Of a stretch of 64,000 nt of DNA, positions 42,431 through 54,198 are shown in pieces. Within the stretch, counting starts at the first letter, position 1. Every line of letters starts with the position of its first letter. The stretch lies in assembly GCA_003282945.1 (NCBI GenBank), contig QBYG01000002.1, positions 30,553-94,552 on the forward strand. The letters run 5' to 3'. The notes under the pieces are model-generated. The model was given only the letters and a program-made list of their open reading frames with translations. It was not told the origin of the DNA and did no database searches. The position numbers were made by a program, and so were the translations under genes. This DNA comes from Pelagibacteraceae bacterium AG-325-E23. GTDB taxonomy: Bacteria > Pseudomonadota > Alphaproteobacteria > Pelagibacterales > Pelagibacteraceae.

Positions 42431-42520
42431 TGGCGGAGAGAATGGGATTCGAACCCATGATAGAGTTTCCCCTATACACGCTTTCCAAGCGTGCGCCTTC
42501 AACCACTCGGCCACCTCTCC
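42431..42520 (-). tRNA. tRNA-Ser(GGA)
   Basis: GGAGAGGTGGCCGAGTGGTTGAAGGCGCACGC TT GGA AA GCGTG, long variable arm, GGTTCGAATCC...TCTCCGCCA. Confidence 0.97.
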
Positions 42521-42534
42521 TTAAAAAAATTAAT

Positions 42535-43794
42535 TTAATTAACAGCTTGAGAGTAAATTAAATTAGCTAATTTATTATACCCCAATTCTGAGTAATGCAA
42601 TCTGTTCAAACCAAGTGCAAAAATATCTCTAAAGCTTGAGGAATCAATAACGTTCTTAAAATTAAGTAATTCGATATTCAAATTAGCTGACATTTTTTCT
42701 AAAATTTGAAATTCTTTATCACATAATAAATACTCATCGATAAAACATTTGTAATTTGGAAGATAAATTATCACTTTATCTTTATTAAAAAATTTTTGAT
42801 CAAATATTTTAAATATTTTACTCATCAAATCTTCATTCATCTTAACTTGTTTTTTTTTAAAAAATACTTTCTTTATATAATCATTAATAAATTTCAATTC
42901 AAAAAAAGACTCTTGATAAGAAAAATTTTTTCTTTTATTTTTATTTTGAGAAATGAATTTTTTTTGAATATTATTTTTATCTTCTATATTATCAAAATAA
43001 TTAAAACCCAAAAAGTCTTCCTTCAAATAATTTTTTAAGTGATTATTTGATGATTCCCAATTTAGATCAAAAAAATCATTTCTAAAAATTAACCAATAAA
43101 CTCTATCAAATTCAATTTTATTGCTTATTTCAATCATTGATGCCAAAGAAATCATCGGCCCATTTGCTGCAATTCCAATTGAATAAGTATCAATATTCAT
43201 GGATATTAAAACTTCATGAACTTCTCTAGTTTTATCTACACAAAATCCATGTGCAAAAGAGTCTCCAGCGATTAATATATTATATTTAGATTTTACATCT
43301 TTGTTATTAAACCCGTATTTATCTGTTTTGATCTCTTTCCATTTACCAAATTCATTACATTGAACATAAATTGAATTAGTAATATTAGATAAAATTAATT
43401 CATCATTATTTTGCATTACCTCTCTAGGTGTTATCATTGGATATATCAAATATGGACTATCCTCGACATACTTTAATTGAGATCTATCATCATATTTTAA
43501 ATTAAGTTTTTCAATTTTTTTTTTTTTAAGATAATCAGGAGAATTTAAAATAAAATGAAAACCAGTTAAAAAATTAAGTGAATAAAGAATTAAAAAAAAA
43601 TTGATGAAAACAATATTAAATATTTTTTTATTTTTTTCATAAAATAAAAAACCTAAAATTGAAAAAAAAATCAAATATAATAAAACAAATATTTTTATAT
43701 ACTTTTCTTGAAATATATATTGATCAATCTTTTTTAAAAAAAAAATTAATGTTAAAGAGAAAACTAAAAGAAAAAAAAATTTCCAAAATTTCAT
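42535..43794 (-). CDS. Membrane-anchored SGNH/GDSL-like hydrolase/acyltransferase
   Basis: Three N-terminal TM helices; IAGDSFAHG, RND, HYSELGYNKLA. Confidence 0.7.
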   Translation of the reverse strand: MKFWKFFFLLVFSLTLIFFLKKIDQYIFQEKYIKIFVLLYLIFFSILGFLFYEKNKKIFNIVFINFFLILYSLNFLTGFHFILNSPDYLKKKKIEKLNLKYDDRSQLKYVEDSPYLIYPMITPREVMQNNDELILSNITNSIYVQCNEFGKWKEIKTDKYGFNNKDVKSKYNILIAGDSFAHGFCVDKTREVHEVLISMNIDTYSIGIAANGPMISLASMIEISNKIEFDRVYWLIFRNDFFDLNWESSNNHLKNYLKEDFLGFNYFDNIEDKNNIQKKFISQNKNKRKNFSYQESFFELKFINDYIKKVFFKKKQVKMNEDLMSKIFKIFDQKFFNKDKVIIYLPNYKCFIDEYLLCDKEFQILEKMSANLNIELLNFKNVIDSSSFRDIFALGLNRLHYSELGYNKLANLIYSQAVN

Positions 43795-43806
43795 TTAGAA
43801 TTAAGT

Positions 43807-44592
43807 CTAAATTTCATTTTTGAAATAACATAATGAGGTATCCTTAATATTATATATATTTTTTTCTCGTGAAATCTCATTTATCAATTTAACTACATCC
43901 TTAGCGGAAGTTTTTCCTGGAACATAGTCATGCCAAAGTATTATACCATTTTTATTTATCATTTTGAATGCTTTTTGTGTATCACTTTTAACTACACTGT
44001 ATGTATGACCACCATCAATAAAAATAAGATCAAAAAAATTGTTGTATTGAGTTTCATCAAAGTCTAATGAATTTTGAAATACTACATCAATTTTATTTTC
44101 AAGTTCACTTCCTGTAAATAGGAAATTTTTATAAATTGACTCATTTATAATATTTCTGAATGAAATTTTATTATCTAGATTATTTTTTTCTATATTCTCA
44201 AGATTTTCAGGTTTTAAAGTTAGTGATATTATTTTTGCACTTTCTGGAGAATTTAAAGCCATGAGATAAGTCGTCTTTCCACTGCATGTACCAAATTCAA
44301 ATATTGTTTTACTAACTTTACTTAAAGAAGAAATAATCCAAGCTTCATAATTTGATGTCATTCCTACAATTTTGTTATTTGACGGAATGCAAAAATTTTT
44401 TACAATTACATCTTCTTTTGGTCCATACAAATTTTCATCAATTTTAGAATTTATAAAAATATCATTTAACTTTTCTAAATCAACAGATTGGATTTTTTTT
44501 TTATTTAATAAACTTTTAAAAGTTTTTTTTTTTATTATTAATATAAGTAAAATATTTAAAATTAATGAAATAAAAGTAATTATTTTAATCAT
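43807..44592 (-). CDS. Class I SAM-dependent methyltransferase (Methyltransf_24-like) with N-terminal anchor
   Basis: [33 protein letters not shown]. Confidence 0.85.
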   Translation of the reverse strand: MIKIITFISLILNILLILIIKKKTFKSLLNKKKIQSVDLEKLNDIFINSKIDENLYGPKEDVIVKNFCIPSNNKIVGMTSNYEAWIISSLSKVSKTIFEFGTCSGKTTYLMALNSPESAKIISLTLKPENLENIEKNNLDNKISFRNIINESIYKNFLFTGSELENKIDVVFQNSLDFDETQYNNFFDLIFIDGGHTYSVVKSDTQKAFKMINKNGIILWHDYVPGKTSAKDVVKLINEISREKNIYNIKDTSLCYFKNEI

Positions 44593-46400
44593 TTTTCTTT
44601 TGATATTTTTAGAACACCTATAAATGCCTCTTGAGGTATTTCAACTTTTCCAAATTGTTTTGCTCTTGCTTTACCTTTTTTTTGCTTTTCAAGTAATTTT
44701 CTTTTTCTATCAGTAGCTCCACCACCGTGGATTTTTGTTAAAACATCTTTTTTAAAACCTTTGATTGTCTCTCTTGCAATAATCTTTCCACCAATTGCTG
44801 CCTGGACAGGTATCATAAAATTATGTCTAGGAATTAAATCCTTTAATTTCTCACAAACTTCCCTTCCTGTTTTTTGAGCAAAGTCTTTATGTATCATCAT
44901 TGCTAAGGCATCTACTGGCTCGGTATTTACTAAAATACCCATTTTTACTAGGTCTCCCTCTCTATGACCAATTATTTCATAATCAAAACTAGCATATCCA
45001 CTTGTCATCGATTTTAATCGATCATTGAAATCAAATACTATTTCATTTAATGGCAATTCATAATTTACAACAGCTCTACTTCCAGAGTAACTTAAGTTAG
45101 TTTGAATTCCTCTTTTATCTTGGCATAATTTCATTATAGGACCAAGATATTGATCGGGAGTAATGATTGTGGCTTTAATCCATGGTTCTTCGATAAATTT
45201 TATTAAAGATGGATCAGGTAAATTTGAGGGGTTCTGTAAATCTTTAATTTCCCCGTTATTCATATGAATTTTGTACACTACACCAGGTGTTGTTGTTAAA
45301 AGATTGATATCAAATTCTCTTTCAAGTCTTTCTGTAACAATTTCTAAATGTAATAAACCTAAAAAACCACATCTAAAACCTAATCCTAAAGCAGATGAAG
45401 ATTCTGCTTCAAAAGAGAAACTAGAGTCATTTAACTTTAATTTGGCTAATCCATCTTTTAATTTTTGGTACTCAGAACTATCTACAGGAAACAGTCCACA
45501 AAAAACTACTGGTTTGCTAGGCTTAAAACCAGGCAGTGACTCTGATAACGGTTTAGAGGCATCACAAATTGTATCTCCAACCTTTGTTTCTGATAAAACT
45601 TTTATTCCTGTTGTTATAAAGCCAATCTCTCCTGAATTAAGCTCATCAATATCCTTTGGCTTAGGAGTAAAAACACCAACTTTTTCAACATAATACTCCT
45701 GATTTGTAGACATCATTTTAATTTTCATATTTTTTTTAATTTTCCCATCAATTACTCTAACTAAAATAACTACACCTAGATAAGTATCGTACCAACTATC
45801 TACTAATAAACATTTTAATTTTTGATCTTTTTCACCTTTTGGTCCTGGTAAAGATTGAATTATTTGTTCTAAAATATCATCTATACCTTCACCAGTTTTT
45901 CCAGAACATGGTACAGCACTAGTTGTATCAATGCCTATTACATCTTCTATTTGTTTATTTGTTCTATCAATATCAGAAGCTGGTAAGTCAATTTTGTTTA
46001 ATACTGGGATTATTTCATGGTTAATATCTAAAGCTTGATAAACATTTGCTAGTGTTTGTGCCTCTACACCTTGGGTACTATCTACAATTAATATTGAGCC
46101 CTCACATGCATATAAAGATCTACTTACCTCATAGCTAAAATCTACATGGCCAGGTGTATCTATAATATTTAATATATAGTTTTTGCCATCTTTGGCTTTA
46201 TAGTTTAATTTGACCGTTTGGGCTTTGATTGTTATGCCCCTTTCTCTTTCAATATCCATTGAATCAAGGACCTGAGCTTTCATTTCTCTATCTGTCAAAC
46301 CACCACATCTATGTATAATTCTATCTGCTATAGTGGACTTACCATGATCAATATGGGCAATGATTGCAAAATTTCTGATGTTATCGATTTCAGTAGTCAT
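44589..46400 (-). CDS. lepA: Elongation factor 4 (LepA)
   Basis: [42 protein letters not shown]. Confidence 0.98.
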   Translation of the reverse strand: MTTEIDNIRNFAIIAHIDHGKSTIADRIIHRCGGLTDREMKAQVLDSMDIERERGITIKAQTVKLNYKAKDGKNYILNIIDTPGHVDFSYEVSRSLYACEGSILIVDSTQGVEAQTLANVYQALDINHEIIPVLNKIDLPASDIDRTNKQIEDVIGIDTTSAVPCSGKTGEGIDDILEQIIQSLPGPKGEKDQKLKCLLVDSWYDTYLGVVILVRVIDGKIKKNMKIKMMSTNQEYYVEKVGVFTPKPKDIDELNSGEIGFITTGIKVLSETKVGDTICDASKPLSESLPGFKPSKPVVFCGLFPVDSSEYQKLKDGLAKLKLNDSSFSFEAESSSALGLGFRCGFLGLLHLEIVTERLEREFDINLLTTTPGVVYKIHMNNGEIKDLQNPSNLPDPSLIKFIEEPWIKATIITPDQYLGPIMKLCQDKRGIQTNLSYSGSRAVVNYELPLNEIVFDFNDRLKSMTSGYASFDYEIIGHREGDLVKMGILVNTEPVDALAMMIHKDFAQKTGREVCEKLKDLIPRHNFMIPVQAAIGGKIIARETIKGFKKDVLTKIHGGGATDRKRKLLEKQKKGKARAKQFGKVEIPQEAFIGVLKISKEK

Positions 46401-48809
46401 TTAGGATCTGATTTTTCCACCAGACTTAGTTTCGACAGTTGAAATAATTAACTTATTAATTTTTTCAAGATCAATGTCTTCTAATGTTTTTTCAGATGAT
46501 TGAATTGTTACATTTAAAGCTATCGATTTTTTATCATGAGGAATATTTTCCCCTTCGTAAATATCAAAGATTTTAATAGACCTTATTAAATTTTTATCAA
46601 TTGACGATATTATTTCTATTAAATCTTGCGCCTTGAAATTTTTATCTACGACAAATGCAAAGTCTCGTTCTGATTTTTGATAGTCAGAGTATTCAAAATT
46701 TGATTTTTGATCTTTAAGCTTTATTTTATTCTGTCTTAGATAATCCAAATAAATTTCAAAACCAACCAAACCTTCGGTTTTAATATCAAGTTTTTTTAAA
46801 ATATTTGGATGGATTTCACCAAAATAAGCAACAGGGTCTATTTCATCCCTATCAAGATAGACAGAACCAGATTTACCTGGGTGATAATATGAAGGAGATT
46901 TATCTCTTACAAAAAAACTTTTCCTATCGTATCCAGCTTCGACTAGTGTCTGAATTACATCCCTTTTTACGTCAAAAACATCAACTATCCTGTCTTTTTC
47001 GTTCCAGTTTAATCTTGATATTTTTCCTGATTTTATTGCACCAATTACTGTCAATTGTTCGCCAGGCTTACTACCCTTAAAAATTGGTCCAATTTCAAAC
47101 AGCGAAATATCTTTAAATCCTCTGTCTAAATTTTTCTTTAAATAAAAAGTCAAATTTGTAAAAATTGAATTTCTTAAAACATCTAAGTCCGAACTTATTG
47201 GATTTACTATTTTAATTTCTTTTAGATTTTCTTTAAAAATTTTGTTTATTTTTGAATCTGTGAATGACCATGTTACAGTTTCAAAATAACCTTTTGATGC
47301 CACTGAACGTTGAAGAAAGTGAAAAAGTTTTTGTTGTTTGTTTAAAGTGTCTTTTATTTTAGTTTTTTCAGGCTCTAAGGTTTTTATATTCTCATATCCT
47401 TTAATTCTGACTATTTCTTCAACTATATCAATTGGTTGAGTTATGTCAGGTCTCCAAGTGGGTATTTTTAAATCTAATTCTAATTTCTTCTTAGAAACTT
47501 CAAATCCTAGATCATTTAAAATTTTAATTATTTCGTTATCATTTATTTTAAAACCAGTTATTTTTTCAAATAAAGAGATATTAAATTCAATTTTATTATT
47601 TTCATGCTTATCGGTTTGTTGAATATCAAAATTACTTATTTTACCGCCACATATCTCAGATATCAATTCAGCAGCTTTTGACAAACCTAATTTGATAGAT
47701 TGAGGGTCGATACCTCTTTCAAATCTGAATTTTGCATCAGTATCAATATTTAATAATTTTGAAGTTTTTCTTATAGATCTAGGAATAAAATAGGCAGATT
47801 CTAATAAAATATTTTTAGTATTAATTTCAGTTCCAGAACGTGTTCCACCAATGATTCCACCCAGGCCTAAAACTCCAGATTTATCAGAAATAACACACAT
47901 ATCATCACCCAATTTATATTCCTTATTATCTAGGGCTTCAAAAGTTTCGCTTTTTTTTGAATTTCTTACTATAATTTCTTTATCAATTTTATCGGCATCG
48001 TATGCATGTAGAGGCCTATTTAAATCTAACATCACATAATTTGTAATATCAACAACTGCTGAAATTGGTTTTTGACCAAGTGAAATAATTTTTTCTTTCA
48101 GCCATTTTGGACTTTCTTTATTTGTAACACCTGTGATTAAGCAACTACCAAATACACTACAACCTTGATTTTTCTCTTTTGTAATTGAAACTTTGATTTT
48201 TTGAGATCCATTTTTTTTAATATTTTTGTTGGAAATATTTTTTAATTTACCAGCTCCAGCAGCTGCAAGATCTCTAGCTATACCTCTTACCCCCAAGCAA
48301 TCCGGTCGATTAGGAGTGATTGATAAATCTACAACTTTTTCGTTTTTATTTTTAAAAAAATTTTCACCTATTTTATCAGAGTACTTTGTAGTTTTAAGTT
48401 CTGTTATTCCATCACTTTCATCTGATAAATTCAATTCAGATTCAGAGCATAGCATTCCATAGGAAGTAACTCCTCTAATCTTACTGATTGTAAGTTTAAT
48501 ATTATTTTTTGGAATTATTGATCCTGGACCGGCATATACAGTTAAAAGATCTTTTTTAGCATTTGGTGCTCCACATACTACCTTAACAGTATTATCCAAA
48601 CCAATATCAACATCGCATATTCTAAGTCTATCTGCATTCGGATGCGGTTCAGCATTAATAATTTTTGCTACTTTAAAACTGTCTAAACCAGAGCTTAGAT
48701 TTTCAAAACTTTCAACTTCCAGACCAATATCTGTTAGTTTTTCAATTAACTCATTATCTTTTTTTTGGGTGTCGAGGTGCTCCTTTAACCAATCTATGGT
48801 AAATTTCAT
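46401..48809 (-). CDS. pheT: Phenylalanyl-tRNA synthetase beta subunit
   Basis: [40 protein letters not shown]. Confidence 0.97.
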   Translation of the reverse strand: MKFTIDWLKEHLDTQKKDNELIEKLTDIGLEVESFENLSSGLDSFKVAKIINAEPHPNADRLRICDVDIGLDNTVKVVCGAPNAKKDLLTVYAGPGSIIPKNNIKLTISKIRGVTSYGMLCSESELNLSDESDGITELKTTKYSDKIGENFFKNKNEKVVDLSITPNRPDCLGVRGIARDLAAAGAGKLKNISNKNIKKNGSQKIKVSITKEKNQGCSVFGSCLITGVTNKESPKWLKEKIISLGQKPISAVVDITNYVMLDLNRPLHAYDADKIDKEIIVRNSKKSETFEALDNKEYKLGDDMCVISDKSGVLGLGGIIGGTRSGTEINTKNILLESAYFIPRSIRKTSKLLNIDTDAKFRFERGIDPQSIKLGLSKAAELISEICGGKISNFDIQQTDKHENNKIEFNISLFEKITGFKINDNEIIKILNDLGFEVSKKKLELDLKIPTWRPDITQPIDIVEEIVRIKGYENIKTLEPEKTKIKDTLNKQQKLFHFLQRSVASKGYFETVTWSFTDSKINKIFKENLKEIKIVNPISSDLDVLRNSIFTNLTFYLKKNLDRGFKDISLFEIGPIFKGSKPGEQLTVIGAIKSGKISRLNWNEKDRIVDVFDVKRDVIQTLVEAGYDRKSFFVRDKSPSYYHPGKSGSVYLDRDEIDPVAYFGEIHPNILKKLDIKTEGLVGFEIYLDYLRQNKIKLKDQKSNFEYSDYQKSERDFAFVVDKNFKAQDLIEIISSIDKNLIRSIKIFDIYEGENIPHDKKSIALNVTIQSSEKTLEDIDLEKINKLIISTVETKSGGKIRS

Positions 48810-49873
48810 CTGCTAAGACCTCTGTAATTCGATGGAACATCCAATGGGTCAAAACCAAAATGGTTAAGCCACCTATAGTCAGTCTCAAAAAAAGCTCTTA
48901 AATCATTAATTCCATACTTGAGCATTCCAAGTCTATCTATTCCAATACCAAAAGCATAACCTTGGTATTTATCTGGATTTACTTTTACATTTTTAAGCAC
49001 ATTTGGATGCACCATGCCGCAACCTAAAATTTCTAACCATTTGTCTCCTTCACCAATCACAATCTTTCCATCTTTTATCTCATAACCAATATCAACTTCT
49101 GCAGATGGTTCGGTGAATGGGAAGTGACTAGGTCTGAATCTCATTTTAATTTTATCCACTTCAAAAAATGATTTTATAAAGTAATTCAAGCATCCCTTTA
49201 GATGACCCATATTTATATCTTTATCAATATGAAGGCCCTCAACTTGATGAAACATAGGAGAATGAGTTTGATCACTATCAGATCTATATGTTCTACCTGG
49301 TGCTATAATCTTGAAGGGAGGTTTTCCTTTTAACATTGTTCTAACCTGTACTGGAGAAGTGTGTGTTCTTAATAATAATTCTTTATTATTATCTAAATAA
49401 AAAGTGTCATGCATATCTCTCGCTGGATGATTATCTGGAGTATTTAATGCGGTAAAGTTATAATGCTCATTCTCTATATCTGGTCCTTCTTCAACGCTAA
49501 ATCCAATTTCTGAAAATATTGATGATATTTCATCTATTACTTGTGAAACAGGATGTATTTTTCCTTGATTAAATTCTCTTTCAGGTAATGTTACATCTAC
49601 TTTTTCATTTTCTAGCTTAGAGTTAATCTCTTTTGTTTCAATTTCTTGAATTTTAGAAAGTATTTTATTTTGTAGTTCATCTTTTATTGAATTTAAGTCT
49701 GAAGCAAATTTTTTTCTTTCATCGTTTGGCATAGAACCCAATGTTTTAAAAGAATTAGAAATCTTTCCATTTTTACCAAATAATTCTGTTTTTATTTGAT
49801 TTACACTTTCTATATTTAGATCACTATCTAATTTATTCAAATAATCGTCTTTAATTTTTTTAATATCGGACAT
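48806..49873 (-). CDS. pheS: Phenylalanyl-tRNA synthetase alpha subunit
   Basis: [36 protein letters not shown]. Confidence 0.98.
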   Translation of the reverse strand: MSDIKKIKDDYLNKLDSDLNIESVNQIKTELFGKNGKISNSFKTLGSMPNDERKKFASDLNSIKDELQNKILSKIQEIETKEINSKLENEKVDVTLPEREFNQGKIHPVSQVIDEISSIFSEIGFSVEEGPDIENEHYNFTALNTPDNHPARDMHDTFYLDNNKELLLRTHTSPVQVRTMLKGKPPFKIIAPGRTYRSDSDQTHSPMFHQVEGLHIDKDINMGHLKGCLNYFIKSFFEVDKIKMRFRPSHFPFTEPSAEVDIGYEIKDGKIVIGEGDKWLEILGCGMVHPNVLKNVKVNPDKYQGYAFGIGIDRLGMLKYGINDLRAFFETDYRWLNHFGFDPLDVPSNYRGLSR

Positions 49874-49916
49874 ATTTGTAGAATATTTGTTAACTCTAGA
49901 AAAACAACAATGAATA

Positions 49917-50273
49917 TTAATTCAATGCTGCTTGAGCTTTTTTAACTATAGTTTTAAAAGCTTCAGGATTATCATAAGCGATTTCAGCAAGTATTTTTCT
50001 ATCAATTTTAATCCCTGATTTGCTTAAACCATTAACAAACTTAGAATAAGTCATACCCTCTGATCTTACCCCAGCATTTATTCTTGTAATCCATAGTGAT
50101 TTGAAATCTCTTTTTTTATTTCGTCTATCTCTGTAGGCATACTGCATGGCTTTTTCCATAGCTTGTCTTGCAGCTCTAATAGTGTTTTTTCTTCTTCCCC
50201 ACTGACCTTTAACAGCTTTAAGAACTTTCTTGTGTTTTGCCCTACTAGTTACTCCTCTTTTTACTCTAGCCAT
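49917..50273 (-). CDS. rplT: 50S ribosomal protein L20
   Basis: [28 protein letters not shown]. Confidence 0.98.
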   Translation of the reverse strand: MARVKRGVTSRAKHKKVLKAVKGQWGRRKNTIRAARQAMEKAMQYAYRDRRNKKRDFKSLWITRINAGVRSEGMTYSKFVNGLSKSGIKIDRKILAEIAYDNPEAFKTIVKKAQAALN

Positions 50274-50274
50274 A

Positions 50275-50481
50275 TTATCCTCTTAGGTTGTACGGCATAT
50301 ATGATTTTACAATCTTACTATCTTGTTTTGACATTACCGTTGTACCTCTTTGCTTTCTAATCTGTGAATTTGTTCTTTTAATCATACCGTGTCTTTTTCC
50401 AGCTTGAGCAGTTATAACTTTTCCTCTTGCAGAAACTTTAAATCTTTTTTTTGCTGAACTTTTTGTTTTTAATTTAGGCAT
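50275..50481 (-). CDS. rpmI: 50S ribosomal protein L35
   Basis: [15 protein letters not shown]. Confidence 0.97.
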   Translation of the reverse strand: MPKLKTKSSAKKRFKVSARGKVITAQAGKRHGMIKRTNSQIRKQRGTTVMSKQDSKIVKSYMPYNLRG

Positions 50482-50537
50482 AATTTTTTTGTGGGGTTAT
50501 ACAAATATTGTTATTAATTTACAACTACAAATATAGC

Positions 50538-51083
50538 TTATAAAGGCTGAATAACCATGATCATTTGCTTACCATCAAACTTTGGCTGAAGTTCTACACG
50601 CCCAATAGCTTCCATATCTATTTTTATCTTATCCATAAGCTCGTGGCCTAAACTAGAATGCTGAAGCTCTCTACCCTTAAATCTAATTGTAAATTTTACC
50701 TTATCACCTTTTGCAATAAATTTTTGAGCATTTTTTATTTTGAATGAATAATCGTGGACTTCGGTAACTGGTCGTAATTTAATTTCTTTTAGTTCAATCT
50801 TTTTTTGTTTCTTTTTAGCTTTATTTGCTTTTTTTTGGGCATCATATTTATATTTTCCCATATCCATTATTTTACACACAGGAGGTTTTGCATTAGGTGC
50901 TATTTCGATTAGATCTAATCCTTGTTCCTTTGCCCTATTAATTGCATCTTGTAAATTTAGAATACCTAAATTATCACCATCACTTGCAATAACTTGAACA
51001 TCTTGAGAGGTTATTCTTTGGTTTGTTCTAGGTCCTCTAGCTTTTGTTCTTCTCTGAAAATAGTTTTGTTTGAAATCTGCCAC
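50538..51083 (-). CDS. infC: Translation initiation factor IF-3
   Basis: LDLIEIAPNAKPPVCKIMD.GKYKY, GDKVK...RFKGRE; apparent GTG start overlapping the thrS stop. Confidence 0.96.
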   Translation of the reverse strand: MADFKQNYFQRRTKARGPRTNQRITSQDVQVIASDGDNLGILNLQDAINRAKEQGLDLIEIAPNAKPPVCKIMDMGKYKYDAQKKANKAKKKQKKIELKEIKLRPVTEVHDYSFKIKNAQKFIAKGDKVKFTIRFKGRELQHSSLGHELMDKIKIDMEAIGRVELQPKFDGKQMIMVIQPL

Positions 51084-53002
51084 TAAATTGAAGGTGCTTT
51101 GTTAAGAGCAGAGTATTTTATTAAGAATTCTTTTAAATACATAGTTTCTTGTTTTTTAGAATCCAATCTTCTAATAGTTACTGTGTTACTGTCAACTTCT
51201 TTTTTTCCACATATTAGTAACATTGGAACCTTAGTTAGTGAGTGTTCTCTTATTTTATAATTTAAATTATGATTTTTTAAATCTACTTCAGAATTAATAC
51301 CAGATTTTTTAAGCTGACTATTTACTTCTTTAGCATAATCATCGAAATCTTCTGAAATGGGTATCACAATAGTTTGTGAAGGGGATAACCAGAAAGGTAA
51401 TTTACCAGAATAGTTTTCAATTAAAATTCCAATAAACCTCTCTAAAGATCCAAATAATGCTCTATGCAGCATTACAGGAACTTTTTTATTTCCATCTTTA
51501 TCTACAAATGAAGCACCTAATCGTCCAGGTAAATTTAAATCAACTTGTAAAGTTCCACATTGCCAATCTCTTCCAATTGCATCTCTTAAAACAAATTCAA
51601 TTTTTGGGCCATAAAAAGCTCCTTCACCTTTATTAATTGAGTACTCTAATTTTGAGGCTTTAATAGCTTCTAAAAGAGCAGCCTCAGATTTGTCCCAAAC
51701 TTCGTCATCACCAACTCTTAAGTCAGGTCGATCTGAATATTTTAAAATTACATCTTCAAATCCTAGATCTTTATAAATTTCTAAAATTAAATTTGTTACA
51801 CTTAAACATTCTTCAGTTATCTGTTCTTCAGTACAAAAGATATGTGCATCGTCTTGGGTAAAAGCTCTAACACGCATCAATCCGTGAAGTGCACCAGAAG
51901 GTTCATACCTATGCACTTTACCAAATTCTGACATTTTAAGAGGTAAATCTCTGTAACTTTTTAAACCTTGATTAAAAACTTGTACACATCCAGGGCAATT
52001 CATTGGTTTTATAGCAAAAACTTTTTCATCAGGTGTAGTAGATGTGAACATATTTGCACCAAATTTTTCCCAGTGCCCAGATTTTTCCCAAAGAGAACGA
52101 TCTAAGATTTCAGGAGTATTTATTTCTTTATATCCTGCGTTATCCTGCTTCATTCTCATATACGAAACAAGTTTTTGAAATAAATTCCATCCTTTTTGGT
52201 GCCAAAATACTGCTCCAGGACTTTCTTCTCTGAAATGAAACAAGTCCATTTCTTTACCAATTTTTCTATGATCTCTTTTCTCGGCTTCTTCAATTCTCAT
52301 CAAATAGTCATCTAAATCTTTTTGACTACCCCAACTTGTGCCATAAATTCTTTGTAACATTTCATTTTTTGAGTCTCCACGCCAATACGCTCCAGAAACT
52401 TTTGTCAGTTTAAAAGCTTTGCCAATTTTGCCAGATGACTCCAAATGCGGGCCCCTACACAAATCATGCCATGTATCACCATGATGATAAATAGTAAGCT
52501 CTTCATTTTTTGGAATACTTTCAATTATTTCAGCTTTATATTTTTCTCCTATTTTTTTAAAATGATTTATTGCTTTGTCCCTGTCCCAAACTTCTCTTCT
52601 CGTTTTGACATCTTTATCAACTATTTCTGACATTTTTTTTTCAATTTTTTTAAGATCGTCACTAGTAAATGGTTCTTTTCTCGCAAAATCATAAAAGAAA
52701 CCATTCTCTATCACTGGACCAATAGTCACTTGAGTGCCTGGGTATAACTCTTGAACAGCCATAGCCATAATGTGTGCAGCATCATGTCTGATAACTTCTA
52801 GGCCTTCTTTATCTTTAGAGGTAAAAATTTTAACAGAGCTATCTTTTTCAATAGTAAAATATAAGTCTTTTAATTCACCATCAACACTCATTACTAAAGC
52901 TTGCTTCGCTAGAGATTTGCTTATTTTTTCTACAACGTCTGAACCAGTAACACTTTTCTCAAAGTTTAACTTTTTTCCATCAGGTAATGTAATATTTGGC
53001 AT
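51083..53002 (-). CDS. thrS: Threonyl-tRNA synthetase
   Basis: DLCRGPH, RDHRKIG, KPMNCP, RVRAFTQDDAH, HRALFGSLERF. Confidence 0.98.
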   Translation of the reverse strand: MPNITLPDGKKLNFEKSVTGSDVVEKISKSLAKQALVMSVDGELKDLYFTIEKDSSVKIFTSKDKEGLEVIRHDAAHIMAMAVQELYPGTQVTIGPVIENGFFYDFARKEPFTSDDLKKIEKKMSEIVDKDVKTRREVWDRDKAINHFKKIGEKYKAEIIESIPKNEELTIYHHGDTWHDLCRGPHLESSGKIGKAFKLTKVSGAYWRGDSKNEMLQRIYGTSWGSQKDLDDYLMRIEEAEKRDHRKIGKEMDLFHFREESPGAVFWHQKGWNLFQKLVSYMRMKQDNAGYKEINTPEILDRSLWEKSGHWEKFGANMFTSTTPDEKVFAIKPMNCPGCVQVFNQGLKSYRDLPLKMSEFGKVHRYEPSGALHGLMRVRAFTQDDAHIFCTEEQITEECLSVTNLILEIYKDLGFEDVILKYSDRPDLRVGDDEVWDKSEAALLEAIKASKLEYSINKGEGAFYGPKIEFVLRDAIGRDWQCGTLQVDLNLPGRLGASFVDKDGNKKVPVMLHRALFGSLERFIGILIENYSGKLPFWLSPSQTIVIPISEDFDDYAKEVNSQLKKSGINSEVDLKNHNLNYKIREHSLTKVPMLLICGKKEVDSNTVTIRRLDSKKQETMYLKEFLIKYSALNKAPSI

Positions 53003-54156
53003 TAATTAAATAGTTTTTTATATTCTGAATAAGTAGAAAAACACATTTTTTCAACATTAAATTTTTTTACAGCATTTTCTCTTCCATTAATGCCCATTTC
53101 CGTTAATTCTTTGGGATCAGTATTAATTACTTTTATAATTTTGTTTGATAAATCATCTGCGTTTGCGGCTTCGAATAAAATTCCAGTTTTTCCATCTATT
53201 ACAGTCTCATTTGATCCACCGATGTTACTTGCAATTATCAATTTTTGCATGGACTGTGCTTCAACCGAAACTCTTCCGAATGCTTCTGGTTCAATTGATG
53301 CTGAAACAACTATATCTGAAATTTTGTAAGCTAATGGCATATTTTTACAATGGTCGATAAATCTAATTTGTTTTGTAAGTCTATATTGCTCGACAAGTCT
53401 TATAAGTTTTTTTTTGTAAAGGTCACGCCCCTGATCATTACCAAGAATAACTGCAATGAATGCATCATTGCCTAATTGAATATTTACTTTATTTAAAGCT
53501 TCTAAAAACATTTCTTGGCCCTTCCAAGCAGTAAGCCTTCCAGGTAATAAAATTATTTTTTTACCAACAATTAATTCCCAGGATTTAAACAGATTATCTT
53601 CATCAGCTTCTAGAGTCGTAGAAGCATCATAATAATCTGTGTTAATACCACGAAAAATTGAAAGTAATTTTTTTTTATCAGATAGATATTCTGAATAGTT
53701 TTCTTTAATATGTGAAAATATAAAATTTGATCCTGCAATTGTTAAATCTGATCTGATCATAACAGAGTTATAAAATTTTTTTATATTACTATTGAAATTG
53801 TATGTTCCATGGAAAGTGGTAACAAATTTTCTTCTAGTAATCTTTGTTGCTATTAAACATGACCATGCTGGAGCTCTGCTTCTAGCATGAACAATATTAA
53901 TACCGTTTAATAAAATAATTATTGAAATAATTATAGAGTTTAGAAGAATAAGTATTGGATTTTTAGATTGAACTGGAAGTCTTATTACTTTAACTTTTTT
54001 TTTATCAATAAATTTTAATAATTCACCACCACTTGTTATTAAATAAGATCCAACATTATTTTCTGGTAAATAATGGGCAATATCATAACAACCGGTTTCA
54101 GCTCCACCGTAACCTAGTTTAGGAATTACTTGAAGGACTTTTAATTTAGACTGCAT
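53002..54156 (-). CDS. GT4-family glycosyltransferase
   Basis: GGAE, HARSRAPAW, PGRLT.WKGQ, EAFGRVSVEAQ. Confidence 0.9.
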   Translation of the reverse strand: MQSKLKVLQVIPKLGYGGAETGCYDIAHYLPENNVGSYLITSGGELLKFIDKKKVKVIRLPVQSKNPILILLNSIIISIIILLNGINIVHARSRAPAWSCLIATKITRRKFVTTFHGTYNFNSNIKKFYNSVMIRSDLTIAGSNFIFSHIKENYSEYLSDKKKLLSIFRGINTDYYDASTTLEADEDNLFKSWELIVGKKIILLPGRLTAWKGQEMFLEALNKVNIQLGNDAFIAVILGNDQGRDLYKKKLIRLVEQYRLTKQIRFIDHCKNMPLAYKISDIVVSASIEPEAFGRVSVEAQSMQKLIIASNIGGSNETVIDGKTGILFEAANADDLSNKIIKVINTDPKELTEMGINGRENAVKKFNVEKMCFSTYSEYKKLFN

Positions 54157-54198
54157 GTGGTAATAATATTATAAACTTCGTCAACTTTATTACTTTAT

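Larger units (their letters stand above)
40842..42511. mobile_element. Integrase-less mini genomic island in tRNA-Ser(GGA)
   Basis: Flanked by an 83-bp tRNA-derived direct repeat; two cargo ORFs, very AT-rich; no recombinase ORF inside. Confidence 0.85.

Noticed and set aside
43515-43527. 13-nt homopolymer in the SGNH-like gene as a phase-variation tract
   Set aside because: Similar 12-13 nt runs occur in murA and the dioxygenase gene; explained by Lys codons and AT bias
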